From Sulfurimicrobium sp. (lineage in GTDB: Bacteria; Pseudomonadota; Gammaproteobacteria; Burkholderiales; Sulfuricellaceae), in contig JAUYFW010000015.1 of the NCBI GenBank assembly GCA_030690835.1, positions 1-62,137 of the forward strand: DNA of 62,137 bases, read 5' to 3'. A program made the position numbers and the translations under genes. The notes below the pieces were generated by a model that saw nothing but the letters and a program-made list of their open reading frames with translations, searched no databases and was not told where the DNA came from. Below, one piece after another: positions 38,305 to 47,977 of the stretch; position 1 is the first letter of the stretch; the number at the start of each line of letters is the position of its first letter.

Positions 38305-39762
38305 CTAGCGTCGCCAGAAGGCCGGCGCCAGCACCACCAGCAAGGTGAATATCTCCAGCCGGCCGAGCAGCATGGCGAAGGTGCACACCCAGGTCTGGAA
38401 ATCCGTCAGCGATTCATAAGTGGTCGCCGGCCCGACCTGGTTCAGCCCCGGCCCGGTATTGTTGATGCTGGCGACCACGGCGGAGAAGGCGGTGACGATT
38501 TCCAGGCCGGAGAACGACATGATCAAGGTCATCGAAACAATGCTGACCATGTACATGAAGCCAAACGCCAGCACGGCAAACAGGATGTTCTGCGCCACCG
38601 GATTGTCGCCGATGCGTACCGGCCAGACGATGTTGGGGTGCATCGCGCGCATCAACTCCCGATACACCTGCTTGTAGAGGATGATGGCGCGGATCATCTT
38701 GATGCCACCGCCTGTCGATCCGGCGCTGGTGACGAAGCTGCTGAGGAACAACATCCACAATGGGGCGAAGGCAGGCCACAGGTTGTAATCGGTATTGGCG
38801 AAACCGGTTGTGGTGGCGATGGATACCGTATTGAAGCCGGCAAAACGCAGCGCCGTAAGAAAATCGGGATACACCCCCATTTGCCACAGATACAAGGCGA
38901 TGCCCATCACGCTCGTCAGCGTTACGCCGAGGAACAGTCCTGCCTCGGGGTCGTTCCGATAAGGAGCAAAGCTTTTGCCGCGCCAAACCATGAAATGAGA
39001 GGCGAAATTGATTCCGGCAATCAGCATGAACACGATGGTGACGGCCTCGATCAACGGTGAATTGAAGTAGCCAAAACTGGCATCGTGAGAGGAAAAACCG
39101 CCCAGACCCATGGTGGAGAAAGCGTGCATCACCGCATCCAGCCAGGTCATGCCCGCCACCCGGTAAGACAGGATACAAGCCAGGGTAATGGCGGCATACA
39201 CCAGCCACAGGCCCTTGGCGGTTTCCGTGATGCGCGGAGTAAGCTGGCTGTCCTTCATCGGCCCGGGTGTTTCCGCCTTGTACAGTTGTCGCCCGCCGAT
39301 ACCCAGCAACGGCAACACCGCCACGGCCAACACGATCAGCCCCATACCGCCCAGCCAGACCAGTTCCGTGCGCCAGAAATTGATCGACGGCGGCAGCTTG
39401 TCGAGATCGGAAAGCACCGTCGACCCGGTAGTGGTAAGCCCGGATATGGTTTCGAAGTAAGCATCGGTAAAACTCAGGCCGGGAATCTGGACCAGCAAGG
39501 GAATGGTGGCAAATGCCGCCAGTGAAGACCAGATCAGCACCACCAGCAGGAAGCCATCCCGAATCTTGAGCTCGCGCTTGAAACGACGGGTACCAAACCA
39601 GGCCGCCAGGCCGGAGAAAAAGGTTGCCGCAATGGCCTCATCATAGGCGGCGACCGCGCCATCCTGAAGCCACCAGGACAGCATCAAGGGTGCCAGCATG
39701 GTCAGGCTGAACAACATGGTCACCATGCCCAGCACATGAAGGATGGGAAAAACATTTCTCAT
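38305..39762 (-). CDS. trkH: Trk potassium uptake membrane protein
   Basis: ETISGLTTTG, WLGGMG, GSTGGGIK, LGRLE. Confidence 0.96.
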   Translation of the reverse strand: MRNVFPILHVLGMVTMLFSLTMLAPLMLSWWLQDGAVAAYDEAIAATFFSGLAAWFGTRRFKRELKIRDGFLLVVLIWSSLAAFATIPLLVQIPGLSFTDAYFETISGLTTTGSTVLSDLDKLPPSINFWRTELVWLGGMGLIVLAVAVLPLLGIGGRQLYKAETPGPMKDSQLTPRITETAKGLWLVYAAITLACILSYRVAGMTWLDAVMHAFSTMGLGGFSSHDASFGYFNSPLIEAVTIVFMLIAGINFASHFMVWRGKSFAPYRNDPEAGLFLGVTLTSVMGIALYLWQMGVYPDFLTALRFAGFNTVSIATTTGFANTDYNLWPAFAPLWMLFLSSFVTSAGSTGGGIKMIRAIILYKQVYRELMRAMHPNIVWPVRIGDNPVAQNILFAVLAFGFMYMVSIVSMTLIMSFSGLEIVTAFSAVVASINNTGPGLNQVGPATTYESLTDFQTWVCTFAMLLGRLEIFTLLVVLAPAFWRR

Positions 39763-41135
39763 CCGAAGAATCCGATCCCGACCTGGAACAGCTTCTCGAT
39801 TCTGGAAATCATTTGCTTGTTCACCACGAACAAAATGACATGATCTTCGCTCTCGATCACTGTGTCGTGGTGGGCGATCAGCACCTGGTCGCCACGCACA
39901 ACGGCGCCTATCGTGGCCCCGCGCGGCAAATCTATCTGTTCCACGCGCCTGCCGACTACCTTGGAGGTATTGGCATCACCGTGGGCAATGGCCTCCAATG
40001 CCTCCGCCGCGCCGCGCCGCAGGGAATGAACCACGGCCATATCGCCGCGCCTGACATGAGCAAGCAGGCTGCCGATGGTGGCCTGGGCGGGAGAGATGGC
40101 AATATCGATCTGGCCGCCCTGGACCAGATCCACGTATGCGCTGCGATTGATCAGGGCGATGACCTTGCGCGCGCCCATGCGCTTGGCCAGCAGGGCGGAC
40201 ATGATATTGTTTTCGTCATCATTGGTGAGCGCGCAGAATACGTCCATGTCCTCGACGTTTTCCGCCTGTAGCAGGTCGGGGTCCGTGGCATCCCCAAACA
40301 GGATCAAGGTGTTGGACAACTCGGCGGCAAGGCGTTCGCTGTTTTTCTTGTTGTGGTCAATGAGCTTGACCTGATAATGCCGCTCCAGGCTCCCGGCCAG
40401 GCGCCGGCCGATATTGCCCCCGCCCGCGATCATGACGCGCTTGGCCGCCTTGTCGAGATGGCGCATTTCGCGCATCACCACGCGGATATTTTCCGCCGCA
40501 GCGATTAAAAACACTTCATCCCCCGCCTTGATCACGGTTTTGCCTTCCGGAATGATGGGCCGATCCTGACGGAAAATCGCCGCCACGCGAGTGTCGATAT
40601 GCGGCATGTGCTTGCGCAGGTATTGCAGTTCATGGCCCACCAGCGGGCCACCGTGAAAGGCGCGTACCGCCGCCAGACGCACCTTGCCCTCGGCAAAATC
40701 CAGTACCTGCAAGGCTTCAGGGTATTCGATCAGCTTGCGAATGTAATCCGTCAGCACCTCTTCCGGGCTGATAATGTAATCCACCGCAAAGTTCCCGGGG
40801 GAGAACAGACCTTCATGGGCAAGGTAATCGGTGCAGCGGATACGCGCGATTTTTGTCGGCGTATTGAACAGGGTGTGCGCCAGCTTGCACGCCACCAGAT
40901 TGGTTTCATCGCTCTGCGTTACTGCCAGCAGCATGTCCGCATCCTCGATGCCGGCCTGGCGCAACACGTCGGGATGCGAGGCAAAACCATGCACGGTACG
41001 CAAATCGAAGCGGTCCTGCAGGAACTGCAGTTTGGCGGCGTCTATGTCCACCACGGTAATATCGTTGGACTCCCGCACCAGATTTTCCGCTACCGACGCG
41101 CCGACCTGTCCGGCGCCCAGAATCACGATTTTCAC
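39759..41135 (-). CDS. trkA: Trk potassium uptake NAD-binding protein
   Basis: ILGAGQVG and IAGGGNIG RCK domains. Confidence 0.97.
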   Translation of the reverse strand: MKIVILGAGQVGASVAENLVRESNDITVVDIDAAKLQFLQDRFDLRTVHGFASHPDVLRQAGIEDADMLLAVTQSDETNLVACKLAHTLFNTPTKIARIRCTDYLAHEGLFSPGNFAVDYIISPEEVLTDYIRKLIEYPEALQVLDFAEGKVRLAAVRAFHGGPLVGHELQYLRKHMPHIDTRVAAIFRQDRPIIPEGKTVIKAGDEVFLIAAAENIRVVMREMRHLDKAAKRVMIAGGGNIGRRLAGSLERHYQVKLIDHNKKNSERLAAELSNTLILFGDATDPDLLQAENVEDMDVFCALTNDDENNIMSALLAKRMGARKVIALINRSAYVDLVQGGQIDIAISPAQATIGSLLAHVRRGDMAVVHSLRRGAAEALEAIAHGDANTSKVVGRRVEQIDLPRGATIGAVVRGDQVLIAHHDTVIESEDHVILFVVNKQMISRIEKLFQVGIGFFG

Positions 41136-41202
41136 TTGCGCACCATCCTGAAATGAGTGGAAAGGCGGATTCTAAGACTTCCAGCACAACACCGCCAGCG
41201 GC

Positions 41203-42471
41203 TTACTCTTCCGTCTTGCGGGAAAACCGGACCCCCAGCTGCTTCAGCTTGCGGTACAGATGCGTGCGCTCCAGCCCCACATTCTCCGCCACCCGGCTCA
41301 TGTTGCCCCCGGCCTTGGCGATGTGGTGCTCAAAATAGGCACGCTCGAACATGTCCCGCACTTCACGCAAGGGCAGGTCCAGCGGCAGTCCGGGCAGGGT
41401 TTCGACCATGGCAGGCGTAGCGAACTGGGCCAGCACCCGGCTCACATCCTGGGGCGTGATTTCCTCGTTGAGGCAGGTCAAGGCCAGCGTTTTCACCACG
41501 TTGTTGAGCTGCGGCAGGTTTCCCGGCCAGTTTTCATTGCGTAGCGCGTTCAGCGCTGCCACGCTGAAATGGCGCGGCGGCGCCTCCTTGGCTTCGACAT
41601 ATTGCGCCAGAACACGGCTGGCAAGCTCGGGCACATCCTCGCGGTGCTCGCGCAAGGCGGGAATGCTCAAGGTCAGGCCGCTCAGCGCCTGAAACAGGCC
41701 GGCATCGAAGCGACCTTCCTCCACCAGCAGCGGCAACGCTTCGCTGGCAGCGCACACCAGCCGCACGTTGCTTTTGTCCAGCCGTCCCAGCACGAATAGC
41801 AGGCCTTTCTGCTCAAGCTTGCTGAGCGTGGCAACTTCCGTCACGAACAGCACCCCGTCGCGCGCCTGTTCGAGCACTTCGAGCGGGTCTTCCGCCAGCC
41901 ATGCCGAAGTTTCCGGCGCAACCAGCGGCGTGTTGGACTGATGCAGGAAGCGGGCGCACAACTCGGCCCCAGCGCCCTTTTCCCCCAGCAACAGGAGCGG
42001 GGCGGAGAGGTTCGCCACTTGCTCCAGGCGCTGCTGCAACTCGCTGATCATGGCGCTGTTGCCCAGACTGGAGAGGCCAAGACCGCCGCGAAAATCCGCC
42101 TCGCCGCGTTTCAGCGCGCGTTTCACCGTGGCGAGAAGCTTCTGCAGGGCCACCGGTTTTTCCAGGAAATCGAAAGCGCCGATACGCGTTGCCTCCACCG
42201 CGGTATCGATCGTGCCGTGGCCCGACATCATCACCACCGGCATGGTGAGCAGGCCGGAACTCGCCCACTCCTTGAGCAGGGTGATGCCGTCGCTGTCCGG
42301 CATCCAGATATCCAGCAGCACCATATCCGGACGGCCCTCGGCACGAATGGCGCGGGCGGCGGTGGCATTTTCCGCCAGACGCACCTGATAGCCCTCGTCC
42401 TCCAGGATTTCGCGCAACAATTCGCGGATGCCCGCCTCGTCATCCACCACCAGAATCTGGTTGGTATTCAT
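41203..42471 (-). CDS. ntrX: NtrX-type response regulator (REC, degenerate AAA+, Fis HTH)
   Basis: VVDDE, LDIWMP, MMSGHG, GLERTHLYRKLK; conserved position after ntrY. Confidence 0.85.
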   Translation of the reverse strand: MNTNQILVVDDEAGIRELLREILEDEGYQVRLAENATAARAIRAEGRPDMVLLDIWMPDSDGITLLKEWASSGLLTMPVVMMSGHGTIDTAVEATRIGAFDFLEKPVALQKLLATVKRALKRGEADFRGGLGLSSLGNSAMISELQQRLEQVANLSAPLLLLGEKGAGAELCARFLHQSNTPLVAPETSAWLAEDPLEVLEQARDGVLFVTEVATLSKLEQKGLLFVLGRLDKSNVRLVCAASEALPLLVEEGRFDAGLFQALSGLTLSIPALREHREDVPELASRVLAQYVEAKEAPPRHFSVAALNALRNENWPGNLPQLNNVVKTLALTCLNEEITPQDVSRVLAQFATPAMVETLPGLPLDLPLREVRDMFERAYFEHHIAKAGGNMSRVAENVGLERTHLYRKLKQLGVRFSRKTEE

Positions 42472-44601
42472 TTAAGCCTTTTCTCCTGCACTGGGCAACT
42501 GGATGCTCACCCGCGCCCCATGCGGTTCGATGTTTTGCGCCTGAATCATGCCGTGATGCTCCTCCACGATTTTCTTCACTATCGCCAGTCCCAGCCCCGT
42601 GCCCTTGGATTTGGTGGTGACGTAGGGCTCGAACAGACGGCCCATGAGTTGCTCCGGAAAACCGCTGCCGTTGTCGGCGATGGAAAGCCGCACCTTGTTG
42701 CCGTCCGCCTCGGTAAGCACCGTAATCACGGGCTGTGGCGCGCCCGACAGGGCATCCTCGGCATTGCGCAGCAGATTGTGCATCACTTGGCGCAATAGCG
42801 TGGCGTCGCCGTTGATGGGCGGCAGTTCGCCTGCCAAGGCCACCTCGATACGGGCGCCCGAGCTTTCGTACAGGGCCAGCACCTCGCGCACCAACTGGTT
42901 GAGGTCGAGCAACTGCAAATTAAGCCGCGGCGAACGCGCATACTCGGCAAAGGCGTCCACCATGCTTTTCAGCGCGGCGACCTGATTGACGATGGTCTGG
43001 GTGGAACGGGTCAACACTTCGGCGTCCGGCGGGCTCAGCTTGGCCGCCAGTTTATGTTCCAGACGCTCCGCGGAAAGCTGGATCGGGGTAAGCGGGTTCT
43101 TGATCTCGTGTGCCAGGCGCCGCGCCACTTCGCCCCAGGCAGCGTCACGCTGGGCTTGCAGCAAATGGGTAATATCATCGAACACCACCACGTAACCATT
43201 GTCGACTGTGCCCGGCAAATGGGTACCGCGCACCAGCAGCATGCGCTTTTCCGCCGGGCTGGAAAATTCGATCTGCTTGCGCCATTCCTTGTCGGCGGAC
43301 AGTTCGAATTGCTCCGCCACGGCATGAGCCAGGGGCTGCAAGGCAATATCGCGGCTACCCCAGGCCGGCAGGGGCAAGCCGCGCAGGGCGCTCAAGTCCG
43401 CGCCCAGAATCTCCCCGGCACGCGGATTGGCGGCGCGCAGGTGGAATCGCTCATCGAACGTCAGCACGCCGGAGGAAAGGTGGGCCAGGATGCTTTCGAG
43501 ATAAATCTTGGCGCCCTCCAGTTGCTGCTGTTTTTTCTCCACCGCCGCGCTGGCATCCGCCAGCTGGCGCGTCATGCGGTTGAAGGAAAGGGTCAGCGCG
43601 CCCAGTTCGTCGCGGCTTTGCACCGGATTTATCTGGGTAAAGTCTCCCTTGGCGATGGCGCGCGTGCTTTGCGCCAGCAAGCCGAGCGGGGCAGAAAGCT
43701 TTTCCGACAGCACGAAGGCCAGGGCGATTGCCGACAACAGCGCCAGCAACAGGGTCAGGGTCAGGGTCATGCCATAAATACGCTTGAGTCCCTGGCGCGA
43801 AAATGAAAGTTCCTGATAATCGCGGTACACCGCCTGTACCGTTTCGGCATCCCTGGAGAGACGCTCGGGGACCGGTTGCATCAACTGCAGAATGCGCATG
43901 TCCTCGCTCAGGGTAAGCACGTTGACGGGCACCACGACATGCAAGTACATCCCTTTGCCGGGAAGCGTCTTGATCTCCGTATATGGCTGCTGCTGCCGCA
44001 CCTGACGCAGGATCGCCGCAGTGGGCAGCTCCGGCAGGAAACTGCCGGGTTCGCTGCTGGCGACCGCCAGCATCTTGCCGCGTCCGCTGAACAGCGTTGC
44101 CTCCTGCACGCCGACCTGTTCGCGCAAACGGTTGAGCTGGGTCAAGTGCTCGCTGGAGGTAGGGTTGTCCGCCAAGGCCAGCGCCATCACCTCGCCTTTT
44201 TTCACCAGGTCCTGCAGCAGGTTGTCGAGCATGCTCTGGCCCAGGCTCAAGCCGCCTTCCAGCGCATTGTCGACACGCACGTCAAACCAGGATTCGATGC
44301 TCTTGTTGAGGAACTGCACCGACACGCCGTACACCAGCGTGCCTGGCAGCAGCGCCATGAGCGCGAACATCCACAACATGCGCAGCGTGAGCTTGGTGCC
44401 GAACACCCGCGCCCTGAGCTTCTTCCACAGCACCCATAGCTGGTAACCGATCAAGCCCATCAGCGACACGGCCACAGCGAGGTTAAGCACCAGCAACAGG
44501 GTGTAATTCTGAGAGAAGGCGGCCGTGTTGCTGCTGGCGCGGGACAGCAGGAAGAGCAGTACCGTGCCTAGCGCAACCGCCAGAAAAACCACATGTCTCA
44601 T
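42472..44601 (-). CDS. ntrY: NtrY-type HAMP/PAS sensor histidine kinase
   Basis: AWGEVARRLAHEIKNPLTPIQL, GTGLGL. Confidence 0.88.
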   Translation of the reverse strand: MRHVVFLAVALGTVLLFLLSRASSNTAAFSQNYTLLLVLNLAVAVSLMGLIGYQLWVLWKKLRARVFGTKLTLRMLWMFALMALLPGTLVYGVSVQFLNKSIESWFDVRVDNALEGGLSLGQSMLDNLLQDLVKKGEVMALALADNPTSSEHLTQLNRLREQVGVQEATLFSGRGKMLAVASSEPGSFLPELPTAAILRQVRQQQPYTEIKTLPGKGMYLHVVVPVNVLTLSEDMRILQLMQPVPERLSRDAETVQAVYRDYQELSFSRQGLKRIYGMTLTLTLLLALLSAIALAFVLSEKLSAPLGLLAQSTRAIAKGDFTQINPVQSRDELGALTLSFNRMTRQLADASAAVEKKQQQLEGAKIYLESILAHLSSGVLTFDERFHLRAANPRAGEILGADLSALRGLPLPAWGSRDIALQPLAHAVAEQFELSADKEWRKQIEFSSPAEKRMLLVRGTHLPGTVDNGYVVVFDDITHLLQAQRDAAWGEVARRLAHEIKNPLTPIQLSAERLEHKLAAKLSPPDAEVLTRSTQTIVNQVAALKSMVDAFAEYARSPRLNLQLLDLNQLVREVLALYESSGARIEVALAGELPPINGDATLLRQVMHNLLRNAEDALSGAPQPVITVLTEADGNKVRLSIADNGSGFPEQLMGRLFEPYVTTKSKGTGLGLAIVKKIVEEHHGMIQAQNIEPHGARVSIQLPSAGEKA

Positions 44602-44608
44602 TGGTAGA

Positions 44609-45181
44609 TCAGGGCGTCAATGTCCAGCGATACCACTCGGACTCCATGTTCCAGTCTTTGGAGGTCAGTGCGTTCACCTGCAATGGTTTAGGCAATTGGG
44701 ACAGGTCCAGCTTGATGCGTAAACGCGCTTCATAGCTGTAGCGCTTCCTGAGCAGGGCGCGCTCCACCACCTTCCAATCCTGTAAATGGCCCAGTTCCGT
44801 CTTCAGCTCCGCCAGGGTGACAAAAGACTTCTGCTGCTCTTGTACCTGCAAGCGGTATTGCTTGGTCAAGGCATGATAGCTGATGCGGATCTGCTGCTGG
44901 GCGCTGGCAATGCTTTCATCGAGCCAGTACCAGCGCGGCCGGTTGAGTTCGAATTCGACCGTAAAATTGAGCGGAACCCCCTTGTTCAGGGCATCTTCCA
45001 GCGCCTGGCTGAAATTCACCTCGAATTCGCCCTTGAGCTGGTAAACCTCGTCCACCAGGTTCAGTTCGGCCACCTTGACCTGAATCCCGCTTTCGGCGTG
45101 CGCCCCGCCGGCAAGGGCCAGCAGTAACACGGCGAAAAAAACTCTAAAGTTTGGCGAGAAGGGCGTAATAAAAGCCATCAT
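44609..45181 (-). CDS. DUF4390 protein
   Basis: RPRWYWLDE, LSQLPKPLQVNAL; conserved slot between rsmB and ntrY. Confidence 0.88.
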   Translation of the reverse strand: MMAFITPFSPNFRVFFAVLLLALAGGAHAESGIQVKVAELNLVDEVYQLKGEFEVNFSQALEDALNKGVPLNFTVEFELNRPRWYWLDESIASAQQQIRISYHALTKQYRLQVQEQQKSFVTLAELKTELGHLQDWKVVERALLRKRYSYEARLRIKLDLSQLPKPLQVNALTSKDWNMESEWYRWTLTP

Positions 45182-46421
45182 GTTCTTGATCAGGTAAGAG
45201 TTGCAGGTCCCGTTCCACACGGCCTGGCAAGGGCAGCAATTCCGCATCGGCATGACGTTGCAGAAAGCTCGCGACTTGCCGGCTGTTTTCTTCGGCAAAT
45301 ACGGAACAGGTGACGTAGAGCAATTTACCACCTTGCTCCAGGCAACGCCACAGCGCATCCAGAATGACGGCCTGTTGCGCCGCGAACTGGGCGATGTCGC
45401 TTTCGCGCCGCAGCCATTTGATGTCGGGGTGACGGCGCACCACGCCGGAAGCGCTGCACGGCACATCGGCAAGGATACGCTGGAAGGGCTTGCCATCCCA
45501 CCATGGCTCTGGATCGGCCGCGTCGCCGACCAGGCATGCGGCCTTTAATCCGAGGCGGCGCAGATTCTGTTCCACTTTCCGCAGGCGCTTGCTGTCGTGA
45601 TCCAGTGCAGTCAAGTCGAGTTCGGCCAGTTCCAGCAGGTGCGCGGTCTTGCCGCCCGGCGCGGAACAGGCATCCAGCACCCGCATGCCATCAGTCACAT
45701 CGAGCAGGCTTGCGGCAAGCTGCGCGCCGCCATCCTGCACCGAGACGTGGCCGGCGGAAAAGCCCGGCAATCTGTCCACGGCTACCGGCTGCTGCAGCAA
45801 AATGCCGCTCTGGCCCAGAACACGCCCGGCGATGCCAGCCTGGGAAAGCTCATCCAGGTAGGCTTCCACACTGTTCAAGCGACGGTTCACGCGCAACGCC
45901 ATGGGGGGGTGCTGGTTGCCGCGGGCGAGAATGTCTTCCCAGTGATCCGGATACTGCAGGCGCAATTTATCTACCCACCACTGGGGGTGCCCATAACGCG
46001 CTTCCTCGCTGGCGCAAGCGGCATCGGCCAGCAACGCCTCCCGCCGCCGCAGGAAATTGCGCAGGATGGCGTTGACCAGTCCCTTGGCCGAGGTTTTGCG
46101 CAGCGCCTGTACGGTCACCCGCACCGCATGGTCCACCACGGCATGGGACGGCGTGCGGGTATAGGCAAGCTGGTATAGCGCCACCAGCAGCAGGCAGCGA
46201 ATATTCTCGTCCTGCAGCGGCTTTTGCAGCAGGGCGCCGAGGATGGCCCGCAAAGCGCCGTAATGGCGCAGCGTGCCGTAGCTCAGGTCCTGCAGCAGTG
46301 CGCGCTGCTGCGGCGTCAGTTGAGGATGGCGCGACAGTTCCTTCTGTAGCACCTGATTAAGATTGCGCCCGGCCAATACCTGGGCGACCGCTAGGGCGGC
46401 GAGGCGTTGTGCGTCAAGCAT
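45144..46421 (-). CDS. rsmB: 16S rRNA m5C967 methyltransferase
   Basis: NusB-like N-terminus, DACSAPGGKT, DVPCSASGV, YVTCS. Confidence 0.96.
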   Translation of the reverse strand: MLDAQRLAALAVAQVLAGRNLNQVLQKELSRHPQLTPQQRALLQDLSYGTLRHYGALRAILGALLQKPLQDENIRCLLLVALYQLAYTRTPSHAVVDHAVRVTVQALRKTSAKGLVNAILRNFLRRREALLADAACASEEARYGHPQWWVDKLRLQYPDHWEDILARGNQHPPMALRVNRRLNSVEAYLDELSQAGIAGRVLGQSGILLQQPVAVDRLPGFSAGHVSVQDGGAQLAASLLDVTDGMRVLDACSAPGGKTAHLLELAELDLTALDHDSKRLRKVEQNLRRLGLKAACLVGDAADPEPWWDGKPFQRILADVPCSASGVVRRHPDIKWLRRESDIAQFAAQQAVILDALWRCLEQGGKLLYVTCSVFAEENSRQVASFLQRHADAELLPLPGRVERDLQLLPDQEHDGFYYALLAKL

Positions 46422-47340
46422 CGAAACATTCGCCCGTTTTGACCGGGTTGCCCGGCAAAAACTGCGCCAGCGGCAAACGCTTGCCCCCGGCTTTCTGAAC
46501 CTCCCGCAGCAACAGCGCACCTTCGCCACAGGCCACCAGCACGCCATCCTTGTCGGCGCGCAGAATTTCCCCCGGCGTCCCGCTCTCGCTCGACAACTCC
46601 GCCTGCCAGATACGCCAGATCACGCCCCTGAACGCCACCTGGGCCACCGGGAACGGATTGTAGGCGCGCACCGCGCGCTCCAGTTCGCTCGCCGGGAGGC
46701 GCCAGTCAAGTCGGGCCTCCGACTTGCTCAATTTGGCGGCGTAAGTGGCAAAACCATCGTCCTGAGGCTGGCCGCTCAAAGCACCGCGTTGCAACTGTGC
46801 CAGGGCAGCAACGATGGCTTCGGCACCCAGGGCCGCGAGTTTGTCGTGCAAGACCTGGGCGCTGTCACCCGCCGTGATGGGCAGGGGAAATTTGAGCAAC
46901 ATCGGCCCGGTATCCAGCCCCTCGTCCATCTGCATGATGGTGATGCCCGTTTCCGCGTCCCCCGCCAGAATCGCGCGCTGGATCGGCGCCGCCCCGCGCC
47001 AGCGCGGCAGCAGGGAAGCATGAATGTTGAGACAACCGCGCGGCGGTATATCCAGCACAACCCTCGGCAAAATCAAGCCGTAGGCCGCCACGATCATGAT
47101 TTCCGTACCCGCGGCGGCAAGCTGTGCCTGAATTTCGGGATGTCTCAGATTGGCGGGCTGGAGTACGTTTAAGCCATGCGTCAGCGCCAGCTGTTTCACC
47201 GGGCTCATGGCAAGGCTCAAACCCCGGCCGGCAGGGCGGTCCGGCTGAGTGAGCACTAACACCACATCATGCCCGGCACGGATCAGTGCATCCAGCGCCT
47301 GCGCGGCAAACACCGGCGTGCCGGCAAAAATCAGCCGCAT
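46414..47340 (-). CDS. fmt: Methionyl-tRNA formyltransferase
   Basis: FAGTP, NIHASLLPRWRGAAP, MDEGLDTG. Confidence 0.98.
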   Translation of the reverse strand: MRLIFAGTPVFAAQALDALIRAGHDVVLVLTQPDRPAGRGLSLAMSPVKQLALTHGLNVLQPANLRHPEIQAQLAAAGTEIMIVAAYGLILPRVVLDIPPRGCLNIHASLLPRWRGAAPIQRAILAGDAETGITIMQMDEGLDTGPMLLKFPLPITAGDSAQVLHDKLAALGAEAIVAALAQLQRGALSGQPQDDGFATYAAKLSKSEARLDWRLPASELERAVRAYNPFPVAQVAFRGVIWRIWQAELSSESGTPGEILRADKDGVLVACGEGALLLREVQKAGGKRLPLAQFLPGNPVKTGECFDA

Positions 47341-47843
47341 TACATGGTCTCGCGCTGCAATTTCTGCATTTTCATTTTGATCCGCGTCTGCTTGAGACGG
47401 GAAAGATATTCCACAAACACTTTACCCTGCAGATGATCAATTTCATGCTGTATGCATACCGCCAGCAAACCCTCGGCATCCAGCGTGAACGGCTTGCCAT
47501 CGCGATCCAGCGCCGCCACCGAAATGTGCTCCGCGCGGCTGACCTTTTCATAAATTCCCGGTACCGACAGGCAGCCTTCCTCACGCTCCGCCACGCCATC
47601 ACGAGCAAGGATTTGGGGATTGATCAGGGCCATCAACTGATCGTGGTTTTCCGAAATGTCAATCACGATCACCTGTTTATGCACATTCACCTGGGTCGCG
47701 GCAAGGCCGATACCCGGCGCGGCGTACATGGTCTGGGCCATGTCATCAACCAGCTTGCGGATTTCGGCATTGACCTGCCGCACCGGAGACGCCACGCTAT
47801 GCAGTCGCTGATCGGGATAATGCAGGATCGATAAAAGGGCCAT
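47340..47843 (-). CDS. def: Peptide deformylase
   Basis: [19 protein letters not shown]. Confidence 0.99.
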   Translation of the reverse strand: MALLSILHYPDQRLHSVASPVRQVNAEIRKLVDDMAQTMYAAPGIGLAATQVNVHKQVIVIDISENHDQLMALINPQILARDGVAEREEGCLSVPGIYEKVSRAEHISVAALDRDGKPFTLDAEGLLAVCIQHEIDHLQGKVFVEYLSRLKQTRIKMKMQKLQRETM

Positions 47844-47977
47844 AAATGCTTGCCTATTTAATTAATTACATGCAGAATTTAACTTAAACCTTAAACCAGC
47901 CAGCCAGCCAGGCTGGCCACACAGAACTTCTGATTATGAATCAAGCAGAAAAGTTCTTCACAAGAACGAGGCGCCCT

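Noticed and set aside
41203-42471. Response regulator lacking GAFTGA and a normal Walker A
   Set aside because: A degenerate AAA+ domain is a known trait of betaproteobacterial NtrX; not novel
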